The notes under the pieces: model-generated
Database searches by the model: none
Seen by the model: the letters and a program-made list of their open reading frames with translations, nothing else
Told to the model about the DNA's origin: nothing
Part shown: positions 1 through 8,400 of the stretch, piece after piece
How the letters are laid out: each line of letters begins with the position of its first letter
How positions within the stretch are numbered: position 1 is the stretch's first letter
Position numbers and translations under genes: made by a program
Origin: a virus
Lineage: Duplodnaviria > Caudoviricetes
Virus record (IMG/VR): IMGVR_UViG_3300025572_000030
Location: 1-24,402 of that record
Length of the DNA: 24,402 bases
Direction: 5' to 3' (one strand)

Positions 1-452
1 CGCATCAGCCGACGAGCGCGAGCGGGGGAATCCTCCCGCGCCCACTTCGAGTCGAGCCCCTCTCGTGCTGCCTCGGTGAAATCCCCCGCCTCGATCGCTG
101 CAAGCATCCGTCGGAATCCGAGCAGCCCCGGCCACCCCAGCTGATAGGCCATCTCGACGATGACGTTCTGCCGCGCGTCGTTGAGACGCGGCCACCAGCG
201 GAATGTGGCCACACACTGCCGCTCGATGCGGGCGAGCGCAGAGCCGAGCAATCTCTCGGCGCCCGCGCGCGAGAGACTGACGGCGATATCCCCGCGATTC
301 CACAGCTCGCGCCACTCAGCGCCGGTGAGCGGTGCGTCCTCGAGATTGCGGCCGTAACCGATCGTGAGCTTGCCGGCAGGGCATAGATAGGGATTGGCGC
401 GGAAGCCCTCGTGATTTCTCACGGATGCGACCAGGCGCGCGGTGTCGGTCAT
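1..452 (-). CDS. Endolysin, GH24/T4-lysozyme-like (3' end truncated by window edge; absent from ORF track)
   Basis: Manual translation from ATG at 452: MTDTARLVASVRNHEGFRANPYLCPAGKLTIGYGRNLE...RQNVIVEMAYQLGWPGLLGFRRMLAAIEAGDFTEAAREGLDSKWA... Has HEG and TIGYG motifs, E-x8-C-x5-T spacing and a T4-like C-terminal lobe. ATGA overlap with the upstream gene. Confidence 0.92.
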   Translation of the reverse strand, partial: MTDTARLVASVRNHEGFRANPYLCPAGKLTIGYGRNLEDAPLTGAEWRELWNRGDIAVSLSRAGAERLLGSALARIERQCVATFRWWPRLNDARQNVIVEMAYQLGWPGLLGFRRMLAAIEAGDFTEAAREGLDSKWAREDSPARARRLM

Positions 453-667
453 GGCCCACCCCGCCAATCGAAGAGCTTGCCGATGAGTGCCCCGAGCGTG
501 CCGGCAACCGACCCCACGGCAATCAGCATGCGGATGCCGCCGCGCGCCTCGCCGAGCCGCTCCACGAGCTCATCGACCTTACCCTCGATGCGCTCGAGCC
601 GCTGCTCTACGGCGTCCATGCGGGCTTCCAGTGCCCCGATCTCTCGCTGTACCTGCACGTCGCTCAC
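449..667 (-). CDS. Putative holin / XhlA-like membrane protein (72 aa)
   Basis: N-terminal heptad coiled coil (IGALEARMDAVEQRLERIEGKVDEL) and one C-terminal hydrophobic segment (MLIAVGSVAGTLGALIG). Directly upstream of, and coupled to, the endolysin. Confidence 0.65.
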   Translation of the reverse strand: MSDVQVQREIGALEARMDAVEQRLERIEGKVDELVERLGEARGGIRMLIAVGSVAGTLGALIGKLFDWRGGP

Positions 668-783
668 AGCCGCCTACCGATGAATCGACCGAATCCGTCG
701 ATCAGCATGAGCCCGAGCGCAGACTGCGGACGCATCCCGTCGCGCTCGCCGATCAGGTGCAGCGACAGCATGTAACGGTCCAC
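664..783 (-). CDS. Small hypothetical protein, 39 aa (MDRYMLSLHLIGERDGMRPQSALGLMLIDGFGRFIGRRL)
   Basis: GTG at 783 preceded by AGGGGG, alternative ATG at 771. The stop overlaps the holin start (GTGA, 664-667). Fills the tailspike-holin gap. Confidence 0.5.
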   Translation of the reverse strand: MDRYMLSLHLIGERDGMRPQSALGLMLIDGFGRFIGRRL

Positions 784-798
784 TACAGCCCCCTGCTG

Positions 799-2931
799 TT
801 AGAGGTTACCCTCGCTCGTCCATGTGCCAGGCGTACCGGACGCCGTACACACCCAGGATTTCGGCTGGCCGACCGCCGGGATGATCCGGTAGCTCCTCTC
901 GCCGGCGTAGAACTGAAACGTACCGCCCGGCGGGGCCGCGAGCCCCGCGCTCACGACGCCACCCGTGACGCGATTGCTCGGCCCGAACTTCCAGGAGACG
1001 GTGCCAGCACCGAGCGTGATACCATTCGCGAATTCACAGTCCTCTGGCGCGAAGAGTCCCGCGTTGCCCTGTAACGTCACAGTGCCGGCGAAGCGGCAGC
1101 GGCGCGCGCGAAACACCGTGTTACCGCCGTTGCTCAGCGCAACATTGCCGTAGAAATCGCAGTTTTCCGCTTCGAGATGCGCAGCGGCCGGCAGAACGAT
1201 CCCGTTCGGGAAGTCGCAGCCAAAAGCCTTGAGAACCTGGCTGTGTCCAACCACGGTGTAGCTCAAGAGCTTCGTCGAGCGCGCGACCGCCTTGCAGTTG
1301 TTACCGTACAGAACGAGCGCGAATTTACCCCCCTCGAAGATGGTATCAGTCGCGTTGAGCTTGTCCTCGACGGTCACGGCCGCTGTCGCCAGCAGTCCCT
1401 TGATGACCATGCGCGTGAGATTCCCGCTATCGATGGTGACCGAGCCTTCGACGACCATGGAATTAATGGTGCATGTGCCATCTACGACGCCGTACTGGAT
1501 TTCTACTTCTGCGGTGTTGTCCGCAGCCGTATCGTCCTCGACGCGCACAGCATTGAAAACCACATTCCAGCCCCCGAGGAGCACTTTCGGGCCGTGAGTG
1601 TTGTCGGCGTTCGCTCCCGTCAGGCGCAGCGAATTGAACACGCACCCGAAGTTGCCGCGTATTTCGTGCGTGTAGTCTGTGCCATTGAAGAGCGCCTGCT
1701 CGGCATGGATGACGTTGAACGTGCAGTTATACGTGTTCGGAGCCACACGCACGGCTTTCTGCTGACACTTCTCGGCCTGAATACGGTTGAAAACGCACTC
1801 GTTCGTCGACTGTCCGTTGGTGTTCGTGATCTCGACCGCATAGTCGGTCGCGTTGCCGCACTTTACGACCGAGATGTTTTCGAACGTCGAATCCCATGTG
1901 TTAACGATCTTTACGCCGAAGCCGTCGAGCCCAGTCGCGAACAGGCTCTTCGCGACGAGTCGCTGGCCGTTGATCACCAAGATACCGTTGATCTTCGGCC
2001 GCGCGGACTCGTTGCCGATGACAGTTACATTCTCGACCTGCGCGGAAGGACCGGGATAACCGCTCTCGATCGCGATCGTGACAGCGGTATAGCCCTCCCC
2101 CTGCGGGTAGAAGCCTGGGTATTTCTGGCCAGTGTGACCTGCGCCTGCATCGCCGTAGCTCGTCGCATCGAAGCGGATCGGGCAAGTGACTGTGAGTCCA
2201 GAGCTGATCTTGTAACAGCCAGAACCCATATTGAGCGTACTTCTGGACATGGTGCACGCTCTGATCGCTCGCGCGATCGCCGCCGTATCATCCGTGACGC
2301 CATCGCCCACCGCCCCGTACCGCCGCACATCCCCCGGCGGATACGCATAGTTCGTCGGCGTCACGCCGGCTGCGACCTCCTCCGGAGTCTGCGGATAGAG
2401 GAACTGGCCGATGACCGAGCGCGAGAGAGTCTGCGACTGGTCGATGCCAACGGCCATTTCCGGGTCGCCGTTATTGTCGAAGCGCAGGAACTTGTTTGCT
2501 CTCGCCGCAGCGCCCGGCAGCGTAGCCAGCGTGTTCGGGTCGCCATCCGGCAGTCGCAGTGCGCGGCTCACGATGTCGAACGCACGAATGTTCTGCTGCG
2601 TGAGCCGGTCGAGCGCGCGCTCGTGCGACTCAGCCGGAAATGCGTCGTTGCTCACGTAGTCGGTGAGCTGCGTGCGCGGCGGATCGAGGATGATCGTGAG
2701 CGTCTGGCCACTCGCGGGCGCCTTCGCGAGCGTAACCGTACCGCCGCCATCGTCGCCTGCTCCGCTCACGGTGTAATCGACGTTCTCCGTGAGAACGGAG
2801 TCGACGCCATTGGCGGACTGCAAGATGACCCGCAAGTCGCTGGACTGGAAGAATTTGAACGGCACGGTGAACTGAGTCGACGCACCGTCCCCAGCGTATG
2901 CAGCGCGACCTACTTCACTCGTGATCGTCAT
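799..2931 (-). CDS. Tailspike / tail fibre with T7 gp17-like N-terminal anchor and right-handed beta-helix (putative polysaccharide depolymerase)
   Basis: N-terminus YAGDGASTQFTVPFKFF...ENVDYTVSG...FPAESHERALDRLT matches the podoviral tail-attachment domain. DVRRYGAVGDGVTDDTAAI is a pectate-lyase-3-type helix cap. N/G/V/C-rich repeats follow, ending in WVCTASGTPGTW. Confidence 0.9.
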   Translation of the reverse strand: MTITSEVGRAAYAGDGASTQFTVPFKFFQSSDLRVILQSANGVDSVLTENVDYTVSGAGDDGGGTVTLAKAPASGQTLTIILDPPRTQLTDYVSNDAFPAESHERALDRLTQQNIRAFDIVSRALRLPDGDPNTLATLPGAAARANKFLRFDNNGDPEMAVGIDQSQTLSRSVIGQFLYPQTPEEVAAGVTPTNYAYPPGDVRRYGAVGDGVTDDTAAIARAIRACTMSRSTLNMGSGCYKISSGLTVTCPIRFDATSYGDAGAGHTGQKYPGFYPQGEGYTAVTIAIESGYPGPSAQVENVTVIGNESARPKINGILVINGQRLVAKSLFATGLDGFGVKIVNTWDSTFENISVVKCGNATDYAVEITNTNGQSTNECVFNRIQAEKCQQKAVRVAPNTYNCTFNVIHAEQALFNGTDYTHEIRGNFGCVFNSLRLTGANADNTHGPKVLLGGWNVVFNAVRVEDDTAADNTAEVEIQYGVVDGTCTINSMVVEGSVTIDSGNLTRMVIKGLLATAAVTVEDKLNATDTIFEGGKFALVLYGNNCKAVARSTKLLSYTVVGHSQVLKAFGCDFPNGIVLPAAAHLEAENCDFYGNVALSNGGNTVFRARRCRFAGTVTLQGNAGLFAPEDCEFANGITLGAGTVSWKFGPSNRVTGGVVSAGLAAPPGGTFQFYAGERSYRIIPAVGQPKSWVCTASGTPGTWTSEGNL

Positions 2932-2952
2932 AGCCTGCCCCCCCGCGCGCGC

Positions 2953-2982
2953 ACCTTCTAAGAGGTGAGCAACAGATTCAAC
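2953..2982 (-). promoter_or_regulatory. Putative late promoter, copy 3 (TTGAAT-CTGTTGCTC-N8-GAAGGT) upstream of tailspike
   Basis: 13/16 match to the 16-mer repeated exactly at 16848-16863 and 20104-20119. 17-bp spacing to an nAnnnT hexamer. Intergenic. Confidence 0.55.
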
Positions 2983-5439
2983 TCATGGCAGTCCTGCCGT
3001 GATGGGCCGTGCGCGATCGGTCGCCGGCGAGATGAGGAAGCTCTGCCCCTGCTCGCGCTCGATGCGCCGCTGCATACGCCGGAGCGTGCCCGGCGAGATC
3101 GCCTCCTGGATGTCCCACAGGATGAGGTAATCGAGCACCGGACGGCTGTAGAAGAGATTGATAAACGGCGTGTTGTTGAGTGCGAGGCGCAGCGCATCTC
3201 CGGCATCGGCGTCGCCACGCACGAGCCCGGACCACAGGCGCAGCACGTCGGATGCGGTGCCGAGCGTCGGGCCCGCAGCGGTCTCAAGCGGCGTACGCGA
3301 GAAGCGGTTGAACTCACCGAACAGGAAATCGCCGTAGATACCGGCGCCGCCGCCCTGGGTCATGGCCGCGAGGATCGTCTTCCAGTCGGTCGGGTCGCGT
3401 GGCGTGCGGCCCTTCAGCAGATCCTTCACGGCCATCGCGCCGTAGCCGAGCACCGTCGTTGTGACGATGATCTGCGCGAGCCCGACGAGCGAGCCCTCGG
3501 CGAAGGGCTCTGCCGCGCGACCGAACACTTCGCGCCCGAGCACCTGCCGCGTGAAGGCGGCCGGGAAGCCCTTGAACTGCATCACGAAGCGCACGAGCTC
3601 TCCGGTAAAGGTGCCGGGCTTCGTGCCGAACTTGATCCACGCGGCGCGAGTGCCGGCATCTGGCTCGAGCACCGCCGTGTAGGCACGGTCCGTGATGTAC
3701 TGGCGCAGCATCCGTGCGCGCGCCTCATCGAGATCGTCCGGGACCATGTAGAGGCGCCCGTCCGCGGCCTGCTTCACGCCGTTCTCGCGCATGTGGTCCC
3801 AGTCGGCTTCGGTGATCCGATACAGCCCGAGCACGTGCCGCAGCTCCTGCGGGAGCTGCGCCCACGTGCGCCGCGCGTTGAGCGCGAGATAGTTCGACAT
3901 CGAGAGCGCCGCCGAGCCGCGCAGCGCATCGGTCCACCAGTTGAGGAGGTTCCACTTGAAAAACTGTTGCAGCGTGCGGCTCGTCCAGCCGCCGAAGGAT
4001 TCGTCGAGCGAGCCCTGGCGCGTGAGGTCGGCCGAGAGCGACTCAAAGAACACGCCGAGCGACGTGAGAATGTCGCGTCGCTCGCCTGCCGGCCGCCCCT
4101 GACCTACCGCCGAAATCGCCTCGGCCATGCCGGACAGGAAGCTACGGCCCTGGAACGAGAGCTCGGAGGCATATGTCGCAAGGTCCGTGACCGAGGAAAT
4201 CACGGCGCCGCCGAGCTTCGCCATCGCCTGGAACGCGCGCACGTTCGAGGCGACGCGAGAGACCATCCGATCGACCGGGATGCTGGCCGAGCCGTCGACC
4301 TCAGCAAGGTGATTCCAGAGCTTGCCGCCAGGGCGCGTCGCCGCGGCGAAGCGCTCGAGCGCGCGCGCATCGCCCGTGGCATCGATGCGTCGCGCGACCT
4401 CATCGACGAGCTGCTGCATCATCGCGCCCGGATTCGTGCCGAGCACGCGCATGAGGCCCGTATTGCGCGCGGCCGACATCAGCCCCGCGAATACCGCCTC
4501 GCGGATGTTCCCCGCGCCGAATCGCTCGTTGTAGTCGAACCACGCATCGGCGTCCTTGAAGTGCAGGACGCGCTCCTGGCTCATTCGCTTCGCGAGGTTC
4601 GCCGGCCCCTTGAAGCCCGAGGCGTTCACCGCACCCTTGGCCTGCACGTGCACGCCGGAGGCCAGCGCGGTGTACACCTCGCGCAGGAACGCGCGCCGAT
4701 CCGGAATCGGCCCGAGCTGCTGCTCCATCCGAGACCAGTCAAGCCGCTCCTCGAGGAAGCCCGCCCACTCGGCGAACGTCGAGCGGCCGATCTTCCAGGG
4801 GTCATGCGACTGCCGGACGATCCAGCCCTCGAGCTTGCCGATCCACGCGCCCGCCTTGTTCGCGTCCGTGCGCGCGACCTCCTGGTACTTGTGCACGATG
4901 CGCGCGATCTTCACCGCGGCCTCGGGCAGCCCCTCGAGATTCGGCGCGCGGGAGTTGAGCTGCCAGAGTGCGCGCGCGACGTCGCGATCGAGCGAGCCGG
5001 TGCGAAAGGCATCGAACACGCCCGCACGCTCGAGCTCGACGTTGAGCCCGCCGAGGTAGAGTCCCTGCAATGTCTTCTGCTCGAGCGCGACCGAGGAGCG
5101 AGCGCCCGCGCGGCCTTCGATGGATCCGGTCAGGAGCGCGCGAAGGCCCTCGGCCTCGCGCCCCTTCCAGACGCCGGTCACGTAGGCGAGGTTCTGGAAA
5201 TAGCGCTGCTGATTGATCGCGGCATTGCGCCGCGCGACGAGCGCGGCGAGCTTCTGCTGCGCGGCGAACTTGCGCGCCGCGAGCATGAGCGCGTTGGCCG
5301 GAGAGGCCGCCTGTCCGGAGGCGAGGAGTTGCGCCTGGAGCTTCGCAACCTCGTCGCGAATGAACTCCATCTGCTCCTGCGTGATCGGGCCGCCGAGCGC
5401 CTGCGCGCTTGACGTAATGCACTGCGTGGGGATCGTCAT
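2983..5439 (-). CDS. Internal virion (ejection) protein, 818 aa
   Basis: Last large helical gene before the tailspike. Motifs WIVRQSHD, ERVLHFKDADAWFDYNERFG, GELVRFVMQFKGFP and GGGAGIYGDFLF are as I recall from epsilon15/BPP-1-like ejection proteins. Confidence 0.82.
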   Translation of the reverse strand: MTIPTQCITSSAQALGGPITQEQMEFIRDEVAKLQAQLLASGQAASPANALMLAARKFAAQQKLAALVARRNAAINQQRYFQNLAYVTGVWKGREAEGLRALLTGSIEGRAGARSSVALEQKTLQGLYLGGLNVELERAGVFDAFRTGSLDRDVARALWQLNSRAPNLEGLPEAAVKIARIVHKYQEVARTDANKAGAWIGKLEGWIVRQSHDPWKIGRSTFAEWAGFLEERLDWSRMEQQLGPIPDRRAFLREVYTALASGVHVQAKGAVNASGFKGPANLAKRMSQERVLHFKDADAWFDYNERFGAGNIREAVFAGLMSAARNTGLMRVLGTNPGAMMQQLVDEVARRIDATGDARALERFAAATRPGGKLWNHLAEVDGSASIPVDRMVSRVASNVRAFQAMAKLGGAVISSVTDLATYASELSFQGRSFLSGMAEAISAVGQGRPAGERRDILTSLGVFFESLSADLTRQGSLDESFGGWTSRTLQQFFKWNLLNWWTDALRGSAALSMSNYLALNARRTWAQLPQELRHVLGLYRITEADWDHMRENGVKQAADGRLYMVPDDLDEARARMLRQYITDRAYTAVLEPDAGTRAAWIKFGTKPGTFTGELVRFVMQFKGFPAAFTRQVLGREVFGRAAEPFAEGSLVGLAQIIVTTTVLGYGAMAVKDLLKGRTPRDPTDWKTILAAMTQGGGAGIYGDFLFGEFNRFSRTPLETAAGPTLGTASDVLRLWSGLVRGDADAGDALRLALNNTPFINLFYSRPVLDYLILWDIQEAISPGTLRRMQRRIEREQGQSFLISPATDRARPITAGLP

Positions 5440-8400
5440 GCCGGTGCCCTCGTGGCACAGATCGAGGCGAGGCGGGCGATCTCGGCCATCCGCTCTGCTT
5501 CATCAGCGAGCGCTGCAGCCTCGAGCGCTTCCGCTCTCATTTCCGGGGGGAGCTGTGCTAGAATCTGCTCGGAGGTGATGTCCGTGGTTCCCGAAGTGAA
5601 ACCCGACTGGCTCTTCCTGGACGTGGAAGGCGTGCCGGTCCGAGCCTCCCCTGACTGGACTGTTGCCGTCGCCTTCGACGGTTCCGAGCCCCGCCGATTC
5701 CCTGCCATGTCCGCCCGCCGCAACGGCACCGTAATCTCGAGGGCCTCCTGGGAGGTGCTGCGCGCGGCCTCGAGGAAGGACCTCGCGGCCGCCTCGTAAC
5801 CCGCGCGCTGCTCGGCATCGAGCCGCTGCACTTCGGCGCGCTCGGCCGCAGTGAGATCGCGCCCTTCCGATTCAGCCTTGAGGATGATCTGCTCGATGCG
5901 CCGGTAGTGCGTGTCGTGGAAGCGCGACTTCGCCTCGAGCATCGCGCGACTGTTCACCTGGATCTCGGCGAGCTGATTCCCTGCGCGCACGTTGAACTTG
6001 AGATCGCGATAGCCGTCCGGCGATGGCGCGTCCGGCTCAAGGAGCAGAAGCCGCGGCTCGCCCACGACGTCGAACACCTGCCGGATCGCCGCGAGCGCCG
6101 CGCGTGCCTGCTGCGGCGAGTCGATGACGATGGTCGCGCGAAGCGTGTCTTTGAGCTTCGTTGGATCGCCACCGTAATCCGCGACGATCTTCTCGACTGA
6201 GCGCGCGATGCCTTTGAGCGGCGCAAGCTGTACGTCGCCGCCGATCGCCTCGGCGATCTGCCGCACGGCGGCGTCGAATTCGGGCTTGAGTGCCTCGGCC
6301 TCCTGGCGCATCTCGAGGAGCGTGCGGCGCGCCGACGGCGAAAGCGGCGCGAGTTCTGGAATCTCTGGTTCGATCCGCACGACGCCCGCCTCGGCAAGGT
6401 CGCGCACGGTATCGAAGAGCGCGAGCTCGGTTTCCGCGAGCGCCTTCTCCGCGGCGGCGAGCTCGGTCTGTTCGCTCTGAGGCACTTCGCGCGCGAGCGC
6501 GTCGATCTGCTCGGCGGCGAGCGGATCGTTGAGCGGCTTCGTGTTGGGTGCGTCGGCCTGCTCGACCGCGGCGATGATCCCGCGCGGGTCGCCCTCGATG
6601 AGCGGCGCGACATTGATCGCCTGCCCCTCGACCGCCTGCGCCACGGCAACACGCGCTGCGGCCTGCTGCACGTCGGTCGGTGCCTGTTCGATCTTCTCGG
6701 CCGCGCTCGGCGCGTAATCCTCGGCCGCGCGACGCACGAGCAGCGCCTTGTCCGGCACCTCGGGCACGCCGAAGAGCCCCGCCTGCTTCGGGCTTCCGAG
6801 CGCGTCGACAGCATCGTAGTAGCGGTCGAGGAAGTCGGCGATCGCCTTCGAGGAGCGGATATGCGAGGCGAGGAACGCGAGTACTTCGCGCGCGGCCGGC
6901 GAGAGCCCGGAATCGAGGAGCTCGCCCTGCGCGAGAAACTCCTCGATCGACCGGCCCGCCTCGCGCACGCGGTTAAGCGTTTCGACCGCATCGCGGATCT
7001 CAGGCGAGAGGTCCAGGTCGAAGCGGTCGCCGGCGGCGATCGCATCGCGCGTCTCGGCGATGCGCCCTGCCACGCGCGTCAGCGCCGCCGCGACGTTCCG
7101 GCTACCCGGGTCGATCGCCTCGACGAGGCGCGAGAGCGTCGGGGAGTCGCCATACGCGCGGTACAGGATCGCGTTGCGCAGCCGCGTGTACCCCTCGGCC
7201 GAGAGCCGCCCGTCTGCCGCAAGGAGCGCCGCACGCTGCGTGTCGGGCATCTCCGAGACCCATCGACGCACAGCCGCCGCGGCCTGCGCCACCGAGAGCG
7301 AGCCGTCCTCGTTGATCCGGAAGGCGCGAAGGTCACCGAGCCGCTCCGCATCGACCTTGGCCTGCTCGAGCGCGCTCATGCGCATCGAGCCGCCTTCGTT
7401 CGAGGCGATCGCCGCGGCCCGCGTATCGACGTGCTCGGCGAGGATCCGCACGAGCACCGGCTTTCGCATCGCGGCGACGGCCTGCGGCGAGAGCCCGAAC
7501 TGCGCGGCCTGCTGGATGAGCGGGTCGCGATAGCGCACGCCGCCCGTGCCCTGCTGATAGGCGAGCTGGATCGCGGCGAGCCGCCCATTGCCGCCGACCA
7601 CGACGCCCTCCGCGGTGAGCGTCGGGGCGCCGAAATCCATGATCGGCGAGTGACCGAGGAGGTTGAAATCGAGGTTCGCGGCGATCGCGCGGATCTGCGC
7701 CTGACCGGCCGCGCGGTGTCGGTCGCGGTACTGATTTTCCGCGCGCTCGAGCGTCGCGCGCAGATCATCGGCCTCCATCACCGCCCAGCGGATCGGCACG
7801 TATCGATCGCCGATGCGAACCGCCTGCGTGAAGCCCTGGAACGACTGTGCCGGAGCGCCCCAATGCACCGCCGGGGCATGCCGTTCGGTGTACTCGATGC
7901 CGGTCGCGGTCTCGCGGATCTCGGGCGCGTACGCGCGGCGAATGATGTCGCCGGCGAGCCCGGCGCCTGCGTGCAGGCTCGCGCCGAACACGCCGCCGAA
8001 TGCGACGTTGAGGAGCGAATCGGCGAGCGAGTAGTCGGCCTGCTCGTCGATGCGCGCGGCATAGATGAGCGGCTCGACGATCGCCGCGCCCGCCGTGCCT
8101 TCGACTGCGCCCGCGCCGAGACGCACCGCCGTGCGGCCGAACATGCCGCCTGCGGCCTCGAGCGCCCGCGCATAGCGGAGCTGGCCGACTACCGGGATGT
8201 ACGCCGTCGCGATGTTGAGTGGATCGAGGAGCGAGACGCCGAGCGCGGTGCCAAGCCGCGCGGCGCCCTGCGCGAAGCCACCTTCTGCGCGCGCCAGAAT
8301 CGCCTGGCGACGGAGCTCGCGGCGCTTTCGCTTCGCGAGGATCGAGAGCTCGAGCTGGCTGTAGAGACGGTCCTCGAACCGGAACTGCCCGGCGAGTCCG

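Noticed and set aside
799-2931. Diversity-generating retroelement target, given the BPP-1-like architecture
   Set aside because: No reverse transcriptase and no template/variable repeat pair seen in the window; the receptor-binding protein is a beta-helix type.
1177-5412. Long plus-strand ORFs 1177..2961 (594 aa) and 2965..5412 (815 aa)
   Set aside because: In-register antisense shadows of the tailspike and ejection genes, expected in GC-rich DNA. R/A/L/V-rich with no motifs.
5452-5577. 5' extension of the nested plus-strand ORF given in the ORF track
   Set aside because: Ser/Ala shadow text lying upstream of the candidate -10 and SD. Only 5578/5584..5799 is credible.
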